DNA of 64,000 nt, taken from Squalus acanthias (lineage: Eukaryota). The position numbers and the translations under genes were made by a program. Shown here piece after piece: positions 12,386-24,103 of the stretch. Position 1 is the stretch's first letter. Every line of letters starts with the position of its first letter. The DNA lies in the NCBI GenBank assembly GCA_030390025.1, contig JASTWF010000362.1:62001-126000 (forward strand), written 5' to 3'. A model generated the notes under the pieces. That model was given only the letters and a program-made list of their open reading frames with translations, did no database searches and was not told where the DNA came from.

Positions 12386-12969
12386 GTGAGTATCCGAAAC
12401 AAAAACCCGCTGAGAAATATCATAGGCACTGGAAAAACTAGGCTGCTGGTTACTTGGTGATTTAGTATTGGGGAATTTAACCAAAAACATTTTTTTAAGG
12501 TGTTTTACGAGCACACTTCTCAAAATTGACCAGTGCCAAACTCGCGTTGCTTAAAAGGGGCTGTGACTCCCACAACTCAAGCTCAGAATCTGAGCTTCCA
12601 ATCGATCGCCATCTGTTCCCACTTCCATTTTTTTTTACATTCCGAGGCCCACGGGCGGTTCAAACATGGCTGAGGTTCCGGAGGGTTCCTGGCTGGCGTG
12701 GTATCCCAGCAGGAGTTGCCAACGTCCAGCTAGAAAGAGAAGGTTTTGGTTGTGGAAGGATTGGCGGGGGAAGATAAACCAGGGGAGTGATGGGCCGTTC
12801 CAATCTGGTGGTTTGTACACACAATTCAAGGCCTACGTGAGGAGGGCTGAATGGAGGATGGTTCACCTCATTGTGTCTCGTGTGCCTCCCAAGTGACTTC
12901 CCCAAAAGGTCTTGTCTCAGGTTGAGTCGGCATATGCAGTCTAGCTGTACTCCGCCAACCTTGTAAGGG

Positions 12970-13510
12970 ATTGGCCAGGACACTGGGGAGAACTCCCTTG
13001 TTCTTCATCAAAATAGTGGCCATGGGATCTTTTACGTCCACCTGAGAGAGCAGACGAGGCCTCGGTTTAATGTCTCGTCCGAAAGACGGCCCCTCTGACA
13101 GTGCGGCGCTCCCTCAGTACTGCCCCTCTGACAGTGCGGCGCTCCCTCAGTACCGCCCCTCCGACAGTGCGGCGCTCCCTCAGTACTGCCCCTCCCACAG
13201 TGCAGCACTCCCTCAGTACTGCCCCTCCGACAGTGCGGTGCTCCCTCAGTACTGCCCCTCCGACAGTGCGGCGCTCCCTCAGTACTGCCCCTCCCACAGT
13301 GCAGTGCTCCCTCAGTACTGCCCCTCCGACAGTGCGGCGCTCCCTCAGTACTGCCCCTCCGACAGTGCGGCGCTCCCTCAGTACTGCACCGGGAGTGTCA
13401 GCCTAGATTTTAGTGCTCAAGCTTCTGGAGTGGGACTCGAACCCACAACCTGTTGAGCACCCTGTTGAGTCAGAGGCAAGAGTGCTGCCCACTGAGCCAC
13501 AGCTGACACA
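12970..13510 (-). mobile_element. Deu-SINE with an internal 33-bp tandem expansion (13089-13387, about 9 units)
   Basis: Reverse complement of the SINE at 3770; repeat unit ctgcccctccgacagtgcggcgctccctcagta. Confidence 0.88.
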
Positions 13511-14961
13511 CAGGCCCGGTGGGGGTGGGGGGGAGCAGGGTTCTCAACAGTGGGACTGGCGAAGGAACATCATATCAGTGAGAATGGGGATTAAAAAACC
13601 CTGCCTGCCCATGGTGCAAAGAACATCTTCAAACTATGTACAGCAGCTGGAATCACTATCTCAGTCCAGTTTCTAATCCATAAATCCACACCTGGTGAAG
13701 GAATGGAGAGGGGGGGGGGGAGGAAAGTCTCAACAATTGCAGCTGAAAATAGGAAGTGTTTATTTTTTGGAAGTGGGACTTTTGATTCTCTTTCAATGTG
13801 ACCGTCCCTCCCGCACCTTCGACCCAATATTTAAAGAAAAGCAGCTCCACGCTGATTCTGTGTCAAAAATCTAATCTGACTTGTCTGTTGTTTTTATTTT
13901 TGCATTTTTTTTTGGATGTAAAAAGCTGTACAATTCCATTTAAACATGAGCTGACGGGCTCCTGAGGGACAGGTCGGTCGGTGTCTCGATCCCTACCTTG
14001 GCTGCCCTGGTGTTTGGCAGCTTGCTCTGTAATTACCGTGTGACCTGCGCTCTAGTCTTTTCACGTCTATTGAGGAGGAGAATGCCGAGTTAAAGTTGCA
14101 ATATATAGCAAACACCGGAGCAACTGCCCCCGCGGGGGTAATCTGCATTTGTGGCTCAAACTGTTCTTAATTGCCTTCACAAACCTTGGCCTCTCGCAGT
14201 ATTGAGTGTTGTGTGTGTGTGTGTGGAGGGGGATTGCAGTGACCATGAACTGCTGCAGTTTTCACTCCTTGCTGCACGAGGGCTCCTCAGGAACTGATAA
14301 CTCTCCATTTAAGTTTTATTTTGTAAATCCCGGAGATTTGTCTGAAAGATAAATTTAAGACGCTCGAATTGGTATTTTTTTTTAAACCGCTGATGGTTAT
14401 CTGTTTAGAAAAACAAATGAAATATCCTTTACCTCAAAGGCGAAAACGCATCCCATTTTCTCCAGTGTGTGTGTGTGTATATATATATTGCACCTTTATC
14501 AGACAGCTCCTTTCTTGGCTGTTCCCGAGTATTGCTTCAGTACAAATGCAGCAATACCTTTAATAATTTGTTTGATTAACCTCGCATGGAATAAGGATTA
14601 TTCTAGAAAATGACAGACGTATGTTAAGGGTGTAGGTCGGATATTGATGGTTTGGGAGACAGGCCCGATGCCAGCAATCCGACCTTGTTTATTTAGCCCT
14701 TTACGATCGATCGGATTCCAACCCTCGTACAGTCGGGTCCTCTGGAGTGAGACACAAATCTGTAGCCAGCGCCACTTTGTGTTGGATTTTGTTTCAATCC
14801 TACCCGTGTAACCAATTAGACTGGATCAAGGACATATTCTTTCATTTTCTAATTTTAAATTGAAGTTCTTGTTGCTTTTAATGTGTTTACTGGTTTCTGA
14901 GAGAGAGGGAAGGGGATGGGGTGGGGTGGGTAATTTTAAAAAAAAATTCCAGTCTTGGATG

Positions 14962-15125
14962 CAATGTTCCCTTTAAGCTGCTCGGCCGCGCAGCGCTCTG
15001 CAGGTCCCGCGCAGCCGGTGGGCCGGCTTTTAAATAGAATAAACCGCGCCTGCGCGGAATTTTGAATGGCCCGCGCGGCCCCTTAAAGGAGCCACGCGGG
15101 CCAAAAGAAATTAGAGGGAGCATTG
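14962..15125. mobile_element. hAT-like MITE (CAATGTTCCCTCTAA TIR family)
   Basis: TIRs caatgttccctttaa / ttagagggagcattg; 8-bp TSD cttggatg / ctcggatg. Confidence 0.85.
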
Positions 15126-15826
15126 CTCGGATGGCCTTTGGAACGGAATACCCTTTCGCACATTTTTCAGACCGGTTTTGTTGGCGCCAGCGTGTTGCTG
15201 TTTTTTTTTCTTCCTTTCCATTGGCCGTAAGGAATAATCCAATTTTGCACCCAATGTTTAGCCCTTTGCACAGCCCAGAATGAGATCGCTCTCTTCGCCC
15301 ATCCTGTAGAATTACCCATTCTTGGTTCTCTTGCACTGAATGATAAATTGCCACACACCTCGGGCCAATCTCTAAAACTCGGTTTGATTGCTTTGTCTAA
15401 TGTCGGGGCATTTTTTTTTATTGGACCTGGTGGAGGTTTGAACAAAGGTATGAATTATTGGTGATTCGGTGTACAATTGTTGGAATATGTTAATGCTTCA
15501 CTTCTGTCTGTCTAATGCAATGTCTCTCTAAATACAGGGTGTGTTTTTTTTTAAACCTTCTGGTTGTACATCTTAAAGCGAACATTTTTTTTTTAATGAA
15601 CAACTCGGTGTGGCTATACTTGTTTCTGTTTAACTAACCAGCCGGTAAATGTAATCTATTAACTTTATGCAGCGCCCTGGAGGCCTAGGCTGGAACTGCA
15701 GCAGCAACGTGGGCTGCTGTGGGGCAATGGAACCATTTACCACCACAACTGCTGACTTCAGAGCAGGAGTAAGATTGGTGACTGAACAAAACCACCCAGT
15801 CTTCCTGATCATACGCCCATACACAA

Positions 15827-16255
15827 GAACATAAGAATTAGGAGCAGGAGTAGGTCATACGGCCCCTCGAGCCTGCTCCGCCATTCAATAAGATCATGGC
15901 TGATCTTCGACATCAACTTCACTTTCCCGCCCGATCCCCATATCCCTTGATTCCCCTAGAGTCCAAAAATCTATCGATCTCAGTCTTGAATACACTCAAC
16001 AACTCAGCATCCACAGCCCTCTGGGGTAGAAAATTCCAAAGATTCACAACCCTCAGTGAAGAAATTCCTCCTCACCTCAGTCCTAAATGGCCGACCCCTT
16101 ATCCTGAGACTGTGCCCCCTAGTTCTAGACTCTCCCAACCAGGGGGAACAACCTCCCAGCATCTACCCTGACAATCCCCCTCAGAATCTTATGTTTCAAT
16201 GAGATCACCTCTCATTCTTCTAAACTCCAGAGAGTACAGGCCCATTCTACTCAAT
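15827..16255 (-). mobile_element. CR1 LINE 3' fragment
   Basis: aagaacataag tail and ORF2 C-terminal motifs on the - strand. Confidence 0.9.
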
Positions 16256-18037
16256 ACAAAATTGGCGGGCAGGAACAGACCAGCTGGCCCCTCAAGCCTG
16301 CCCCACACTCCTGATGGCCAGAGCATCAGGACCAGACACTTCCTCCCTTCCAGATTTGGCTGTGATTGTGGTTCTTACTGCAGCTTTATTGTTCTATATT
16401 CCCGAGTCTCCAAAGGAATGGTGTAAGAAGCCCAATCCCTATCTCCTTAAAATCCAGTATATCCCCTGAGAGAGGTCTACATGTCACATTCCCAATCCAC
16501 AAACCCGTGTATTTAATGTGTTTGGCGCACCACAGCCGTAAACGCACACTACAGGTGATGCCTGACCTGGCCCAAACACTGCACACAATGGTGTACACTA
16601 ACATACATGGAGAGGTCTCTAGCTCAATGCGCCAGTGCCCTCCACCCATGCTAGAATATGGACAATGAGTTCCTATAACGTGTCCGTCATTCGCTGTTTT
16701 GTATAATTCAGTACGAAGGGGTGAGGCTTATGGCAGGACTTACAGCAAACAGAGTCTATTTAGACTGCAAACTGTCTACAGAGTCTATTTCTCCTGCAAT
16801 TTGAGTGGAGGATAGTTACAAATGATGTGCATAAAATCAATCCCAGTCACCTACAGCAGTGCGGTCTCCAGGCGTGATTGACGGGAGAAATCACCCAACC
16901 ATCTCCATTCTGGCCGGGACTTGTGGCGTCCGCCAATTCAGTATGCTGCTCTCCTCGGTCGCCAGTGCACGAACGATTGCCAGACCCACCCTGCTGTGCT
17001 ACTGTTCGTTCCCATCTGGAAAACGGTGGATTGCGATTCAATTCTCTCTTGTGTTGATCGTTTTTGTGTAACCGTGCAATTTATTCTCTACGTTTAGACC
17101 GCCGCAAGGGGTGGGCTTCAAGGTGGTTCAGTGCATGTAGAAGCAATCATAAAACACCTATCATGGAATCCATGGTAGTTATTAGCAACCAGTTAGCTGA
17201 TCGCCTTGACATCTGGAGTTGGTATTTGTAAAATATTTTTATAATGCAATAAAATCACTTTATTTCAATTGTATATTTCAGAGAGCAAATGAACTGAAGC
17301 GGGTGCTGCATTACATGTTGTAAATGTTCATGGTTGCACCAAGTCAATAGGCCACCTTGAAGTCATGAAGACCACATAAAGACATTAGATAAAGTAGCTG
17401 GAGTTCAGGGGCATGGGTTATACATTGGTCGCGTGCGTTCAATGGCGGCGTGGGCCATCTGTACCTTGGGTAACAGCAACTCTCCGGGTGTTGCAGGGAA
17501 TGGCCCAGCGCTGCGCTTTATGCTGCACCGGTTCCTCATGGGCGCCGCTGAAACATTGACCGGGTTTTTCTAGACACTTGGACAGTGTCGTCACACAGTA
17601 TTGGTCTGACGGGTGAAAGTGTGCACTGTACACGTCTGTGACTCTATATTTTACACACTCACGCCCTCCTGATGTGGTTCATAGACTAGATGAGGGAGCG
17701 ATCAGTAGGATTTCCTTTCGCAAAGGTTGGCCAACCCAACTGGGTTACCAGAACTAATTAACGTGCCTTTGAGGAACTCAAACCCATCATGAAAATCACC
17801 CAATCCTGATGGCTTGTGTTGCTGCTCATTCGTCTAGACACTAGGCACATGACTGCACCAAAGTAAACGATCTGGATAAAGGTATTCTGGTTGCTTTGGA
17901 AGCTGCGAATCAGCACTGGTTTGTATCAGCGGTTGTGTGAACTGTTTGCAGATCACTGTGTTGACGTACAATTTTATTCCAGTTTCACCTTTTCCCACCC
18001 CCCCCCCCCCCCTCCCCTCCCCTCTTTCCATTTGCAG

Positions 18038-18127
18038 GCGGAGCAAGAGTTACGACTGGCTCAGACGGAGTTTGACCGGCAGGCCGAGGTTACCAGGTTA
18101 CTGCTGGAGGGGATCAGTAGCACTCAC
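18038..18127 (+). CDS. SH3GLB2: Endophilin B2 BAR-domain exon (AEQELRLAQTEFDRQAEVTRLLLEGISSTH)
   Basis: tttgcag acceptor and gtatgt donor; 90 nt; near identical to recalled human sequence. Confidence 0.97.
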
Positions 18128-18289
18128 GTATGTCGCCAAGTCGAACCGAGTCACTTCAGTGATCTGACTGCGTTTGTAACAGTTTATAACATGTTCTAGA
18201 CCGCCTGCCAGCTAGCAAGCTTAATTGAATGGTTTCCACCAAATCTAACCCCATCCCCGCCCCCAAGAAATCGACGGCACCAGCAGAGT

Positions 18290-18722
18290 TATATAGAATG
18301 TCCAGCACAGAACCAGGTCATTCGGCCCAATTGGTCCGTGCCGGTGTTTATGCTCCACACGAGCCTCCTCCCACCCCTCTTCATCTCACCCCATCAGCAT
18401 ATCCTTCTATTCCTTTCTCCCTCATGTGTTTATCTAGCCTCCCCTTAAATCCATCTGTGCTATTCGCCTCAACCATTCCCTGTGGTAGCGAGTGCCACAT
18501 TCTAACCACACTCTGGGTAAAGAAGTTGCTCCTGAATTCCCCATTGGATTTATTAGTGACTATCTTATATTTATGGCCCCTAGTTTTTGACTCCCCCACA
18601 AGTGGAAACCTCTTCTCTACATCTACCCTATCAAACCCTTTCATAACTTTAAAGACCTCTATTAGGCCACCCCTTCTCCTGTCTAGATAAAAAAGCTCCA
18701 GCCTGTTCAGTCTTTCCTGACA
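18290..18722 (-). mobile_element. CR1 LINE 3' fragment
   Basis: ORF 18381-18644 TRGHKYKI...FFTQSVVRMWHSLP. Confidence 0.9.
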
Positions 18723-18730
18723 GTTATAAC

Positions 18731-18914
18731 CAAAGTTCTATAAGTTGTGCGGGGCGCACAGCACTCCAGGGGTCCCGCACTGCACTCCAGGGGTCCCACG
18801 CTGCCGGTGAGCCGGCTTTTAAATTGAAAAAAACACGCATGCGTGGACCTTTGCGTGGGCCGCGCGACCCGTTAAAGGGGCCGCGCAGCCTAAAAAAAAG
18901 TAGGGGGAACATTG
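18731..18914. mobile_element. hAT-like MITE (CAATGTTCCC family)
   Basis: Right TIR gggggaacattg; 8-bp TSD gttataac / gttataaa. Confidence 0.75.
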
Positions 18915-20046
18915 GTTATAAACTCTTTTTGTAGTAAATATTATTAATAAGGGCATTCTTCGCTTGGCTAAGTTCAATATCATCAGTATTGCTAAGTGGC
19001 GACCCTGTAATTAGGGAGGTGGGGAGGTTCGAGGTGTTCAGTTTTCTTTGAGACTGATATGAAAGTGACCTCGAACCTCACTGAAAACATGTTGAGATAT
19101 AGCAACACAAAGAAGTTACAACACAGCAACAGGTCATTCAGCCCAACCAGTCCCTGTTGTTGTTTACTCTTCCATGCGAGCGAGTAGTCCTGATCATATT
19201 TACCCGCCGCGTTCTCATATCTCTACATCCTCTCTTTTTTCTTTCATCCACCTGTCCAATCTAATTTCGAATGCTGGCATCATTTCTGCATCAGCCACTA
19301 ACCCTGGAAATAAATTCCACAGCCTCACAACTTTAAACAGTTTTTTTTTATCTGCCCTCTTCTAACTCTAATATCAGTCATAGAATCGTACAGCACGGAA
19401 GGAGGCCATTCGGCCCATCGTGCCTGTGCCGGCTATTTTAAAAGAGCTCTCCAATTAGTCCCACTCCCCCCTGCCCTTTCCCCACAGCCCTGTCAATTTT
19501 TTTTCCTTTTCAAGTATTTATCCGATTCCCTTTTGAAAGTTACTATTGAATCTGCTTCCACCGCCCTTTCAGGCAGCGCATTCCCGATCACAACCACTCG
19601 CTGAGTAAAAAGATTTCTCCTCCTCTCCCATCTGGTTCTTTTGCCAATTATCTTAAATCTATGTCCTCTGGTTACCGACCCTCCTGCCACTGGAAACAGT
19701 TTCTCCCTATCTTATCAAAACCCCTCATAATTCTGAACACCACTATTAAATCTCCCTTTAACCTTCTCTGCTCTAAGGAGAACAACCCCAGCTTCTCCAG
19801 TCTCTCCACATAACTGAATTCCCTCATCCCTGGTACCAGTCTGGTAAATCTCCTCTGCACCCTCTCCAAGGCCTTAACATCCTTCCTAAAGTGTGTTGCC
19901 CAGAATTAGACACAAGACTCCAGCTGAGGCCTAACCAGTGGTACATAAAATTTTGGCATAACTTCCTTGCTTTTATACTCTGTCTCTATTTATAAAAGTG
20001 AGAAGTCGCACAACACCAGGTTATAGTCCAACAGCTTTATTTGAAA

Positions 20047-20083
20047 TCACAAGCTTTCGGAGCGCTGCTCCTTCGTCAGGTGA
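20047..20083 (-). ncRNA. Minimal type I hammerhead ribozyme motif (left arm)
   Basis: Exact reverse complement of the motif at 20345-20381. Confidence 0.8.
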
Positions 20084-20344
20084 AGTGAAGAAATACATAT
20101 AGGCACAGCATATATAGTCAGAGAACACTGCCAGATGATTACAGTTAATCTTTCCAACTGCCCTTTATCACACCTCGGCAGAGAGATAATCACGGCAATC
20201 AAAGGTGTGGATGGTGTCCAACCAGGTCAGTCAGGAAAACATTACATCAAAGAGGTGTGATAAAGGGCAGTTGGAAAGATTAACTGTAGTCGTCTGGCAT
20301 TGTTCTCTGTCTATATATGCTGTGCCTATATGTATTTCTTCACT

Positions 20345-20381
20345 TCACCTGACGAAGGAGCAGCGCTCCGAAAGCTTGTGA
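20345..20381 (+). ncRNA. Minimal type I hammerhead ribozyme motif (right arm)
   Basis: UCAC-CUGACGA-A-GGAGC(AGC)GCUCC-GAAA-GC-UU^GUGA; stems I and II pair, helix III is palindromic AAGCUU; AATAAA follows at 20387. Confidence 0.8.
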
Positions 20382-21156
20382 TTTCAAATAAAGCTGTTGG
20401 ACTATAACCTGGTGTTGTGTGACTTCTCACTTTTGTCCACCCCAGTCCAACACCGGCATCTCCGCATCATGTCTATTTATAAAGCGAAGGATCCTGTATG
20501 CTTTTTTAAAAAAATCAGCCTTCTCTACTTGTCCTGCCACCTTCACAGGTGTACATACACTCCCAGGTCTCTCTGTTCCTGAACCTCCTTTAAAATTGTA
20601 CTATTTATTTCATATTGCCTCTCCTCATTCTTTTTTCCAAAATGAATCACTTCTCTGCGTTAAATTTCATCTGCCACGTGTCTGCCCATTTCACCAGTCT
20701 ATGAATGTCCTCCTGAAGTCTGTTACTATCCTCACTCTTTACTAAAATTCTGGCTTTTGTGTCATCTGCAAACTTTGAAATTATGCTCTGTACACCCAAG
20801 TCCAGGTCATTTAATATATATCAAAAAGAGAAGTGGTCCCAACACCGACCCCTGGGGGGGGGGCCACCACAGTACACTTCCCTAGGTTCTCTGGGGTACG
20901 GTCTCAGTACCTTGGTATGAATTGCTGCTGCATGTGATGCGGTAGGAATTGTATTATCATCATCTCTGTATTCTGATGCCATCCATCGCTCAGGAAAGAA
21001 AGGGTTAACCAGCAATATAGTAGGGAGTTCAGGGTTTTAAATGTGGAAATTTTTAAGGAATATACCTGTGCGTCTGTAATGATAGTAATTTTTGAAGCGA
21101 TGCTGTCAGCAGTTTGTTGCTTTGTGCTCTCCACGACCCCTTGCTGCTGATGGGAC

Positions 21157-21329
21157 CAATGTTCCCTCTAAACTGCAAGCGTGCGCAGCCGCGCAGTAAT
21201 CTGCAAGGTCCCGTGCAGGCCGCTCACGAGCATTTCCATTTGAAATACCTCCCGTGCGCAGAAATTTAAAGGGACGCGCATTGAAATAAACAGGCCGCAA
21301 ACAACAAAGACAATTTAGAGGGAACATTG
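21157..21329. mobile_element. hAT-like MITE (CAATGTTCCCTCTAAA TIR)
   Basis: Perfect TIRs caatgttccctctaaa / tttagagggaacattg. Confidence 0.85.
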
Positions 21330-21793
21330 GATGAATAATTATGGAGCACTCTGAATTTTTTTTATTCGTTCCTGGGATGTGGGCGTCGCCGGCAAGGCCA
21401 GCATTTATTGCTCATCCCTAATTGCCCTTGAGAAGGTGCTGGCGAGCCTTGAATTATAGAGTTATATTGAATTATAGAGTAGCCAGTTGGTTAATGATGT
21501 TTCCAACATTCCTGATGCTGCTGCTTTTGAAATTCTGCTTCTGGCAGAAATCAGAATAACATTTTTTTTCCCATTGGGAGGATTCCCCCCTCACTTCCAG
21601 ATTCAGCTGGAGATGGCCCAGTCTTGAGCATTACAAGTAGGAGGTTATGTTGCCATTGTGATCATTTAGTTCATTAACTGAAGGGGAGGCTGTGTTTGGT
21701 ACCAGAGCTAGTTGGCTAGAAAGCTTTGTTCATTTGAATAATTCAGAGTTTCAGATCGTGGTTTTTCAAAGAATGAAACTGTTCTTCTTGCAG

Positions 21794-21894
21794 ACTAACC
21801 ACCTCCGCTGCCTGCATGAGTTTGTGGAGGCACAGGCCACGTATTATGCCCAGTGTTACCAGTATACATTGGACCTGCAGAAACTGCTGGGCAG
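21794..21894 (+). CDS. SH3GLB2: Endophilin B2 exon (TNHLRCLHEFVEAQATYYAQCYQYTLDLQKLLG)
   Basis: ttcttgcag acceptor and gtaagg donor; 101 nt, ends in phase 2. Confidence 0.97.
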
Positions 21895-22732
21895 GTAAGG
21901 AACTGTAGAAGCAGTGAATGAAATATCCAGAAATACTCAGCCTGGTTTGTGTTGGACTCCTGCAGTCAAGGGTGGCGTTTGCAAAGATTCTGTCTGGAGC
22001 CCCTGCACTGTCTTGTAGGAGCATAGGAATTTCTTGATGAAAAATAACCAGGGTCCATCCAGTTCATCCACCATCCTGGTAGTCCCATGATCCAACGATA
22101 ATGGAGTTGTTGACTAATCGCAGCAATCAATCTCTAGTCTACAACAGACCCAGACATGAGGCGAGGAATCCCCAGTGGAGGAGAGCTTTGGGACCCACGG
22201 GTCCAAAGTCACCGGTTCCTCCCGAGCTCGCTGCACTCACCACACGTCACGTCTCAAATTACTCATTCACTGTATCTCAAAATGTTATTTTCTGAAAGCT
22301 ATCTATCCAGTCCAACTAAATATTGGGAAGACCAAAGCCATTGTCTTCGGTTCCCACCACAAACTCTGTTCCCTAGCCACCGACTCCATCCCTCTCCCTG
22401 CAACTGTCTGAGGCCAAACCAGACTGTTTGCAACCTTGGTGTCATAGTTGACCCTGGGATGAGCTTCGGACCACATATCCATGCCATCACTGGAAAAGAG
22501 ATGGTTGAGAGGTTGATCTGCTTGCTGTCCTGGCCTGGACCTGAATTGCCATTTCTTCATTGTCGCTGGGTCAGTACTGTGGACTTCCCTCGACGTGGTT
22601 GACTCTCTTAGCTGCCCTCTGAAGTGGCCTAGCGAGCCACTCAGTTGCACCAACAGGCAACCAGGGGATGGGTAATAAATGTCGGCCTTACCAGCGACAG
22701 TGCGACATCTATCCTGAGAGTGAATTTAAAAG

Positions 22733-23025
22733 AATCATAGAATAGGACAGCACAGAAGGAGGCCATTCGGCCCATCGAATCTGTGCCGACTCTTTCGAAG
22801 AGCAATCCAGTTAGTCCCACTCCCCCTGCTCTTTCCCCATACCCCTGCAATTTTTTCTCCTTCAAGTGTTTATCTAATTCCCTTTTGAAAGCTGCTATTG
22901 AATCTGTCTCCACCGCCCTATCAGGCAGCGCATTCCAAATCCTAACCACTGGCTGCATAAAAAAGTTTTCCCTCATGTCGCCTCTGGTTCTTTTGCCAAT
23001 CAGCTTAAACCTGTGCTCTCTGGTT
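22733..23025 (-). mobile_element. CR1 LINE 3' fragment
   Basis: ENFFMQPVVRIWNALP peptide and CR1 tail. Confidence 0.88.
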
Positions 23026-23567
23026 AAGAAAGCTGCTTACAAACACAATATGACTGTGATACAGTGAACAGCATCCATGGCAATCAATGAGTAGAAATCG
23101 TTCTGCCACACTAAATGACCAATGATTGGAGCACCAAGTGTTTTCATCTTTACTTACGGACCAATTACCAATCAGCGCACTTAAAATGAGTGAGTGTCTC
23201 TCTCCCTGTCTCTGAATGTTTCTATTTCTCTCTCCCTGTCTCTGTCTCTTCCCTCTCCCTCTCTATTTGTGTAACACAAATTTGAATTGTGAGAATGATT
23301 CCGGTGACTGATAAAACACGACAGTTTACGGAAAATCTTTGCAATCCTGAGCCAACGAAGCGGGTTGAGAGCGGAACCGCTGGAAGATTGAGCTAAATCG
23401 GGGCGGGACAGTGGCGGGTTGGATCCTCCGGTGCTGCGCTGGGAGTGTCGATTCACAATGTCAAGCTGCATCTCCGCGGCGTCCTTTTTAAAGTGTGGGG
23501 GTGGGGGGGGGGGCTGTCCCTTAAATATCTTTATAACCTCATTCTGATTTTCATTTCATGCCTTCAG

Positions 23568-23582
23568 CTCCAGTGGAGAAAT
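23568..23582 (+). CDS. SH3GLB2: Endophilin B2 15-nt alternative microexon (turns LG-R-F into LG-SSSGEM-F)
   Basis: tttcatttcatgccttcag acceptor and perfect gtaagt donor; phase 2-2; resembles a recalled mammalian SSQGAI insert. Confidence 0.8.
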
Positions 23583-23836
23583 GTAAGTATAAATCTTGGG
23601 TTTATGGTGTAACTGCTTCACCCGTTGAAAGCTCCTGTTTCTGATGACTTTAAAAGGGATCTCCTCTCTCCAGTGGCTTTATCCTCTTCCCCGCCCGCAC
23701 TCCAGTATTTCTTGTATGAAGTTAAACCGTGCGTCTTGCAGCCTGGACTCTGTTTAAAGTAACAGCCCAGGGCTTCAGATGCAGATTGAGCCACCTGAAG
23801 AGCAGAATTCACCTGTACCCAAGACTCCATTCCAAA

Positions 23837-24103
23837 CAGGGGTTGCCAACCCTCCAGGATTGGCCTGGAGTCTCCAGGAATTGAAGCTTAATCTCCAGCA
23901 CACTACTGCCAGCAACCCACCGGGGAAAAAAATCATAGGGGCATTCAAAGAAATTATGCATTTTTCATATTTGTTGAATACTTTTGTCTTCCTTATAGGA
24001 ATATTGGAAATGGGGGGCGGGGGTGGCGATGGATGGCTGTTTGACTGGGCAGGGCACGTGATGAAACCTTAAGGAATACATCCAACCAGAGTTGGCAACT
24101 CTA
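23837..24103. mobile_element. hAT-like MITE (AGGGTTGCCAAC TIR)
   Basis: TIRs gggttgccaac / gttggcaactcta; 8-bp TSD attccaaa / gttccaaa. Confidence 0.85.

Larger units (their letters stand above)
19998..20470. mobile_element. Penelope-like non-autonomous fold-back element: 179-bp inverted arms, 75-bp spacer, 40-bp tail
   Basis: Arms 19998-20176 and 20252-20430 (5 mismatches by eye); TSD tctatttataaa at 19985-19996 and 20472-20483. Confidence 0.85.
19378..20880 (-). mobile_element. Decayed CR1 LINE hosting the fold-back element at 19998-20470
   Basis: ORF2 fragments ERVQRRFTRL and SKFADDTK-like (tttgtgtcatctgcaaactttga) on the - strand. Confidence 0.9.
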
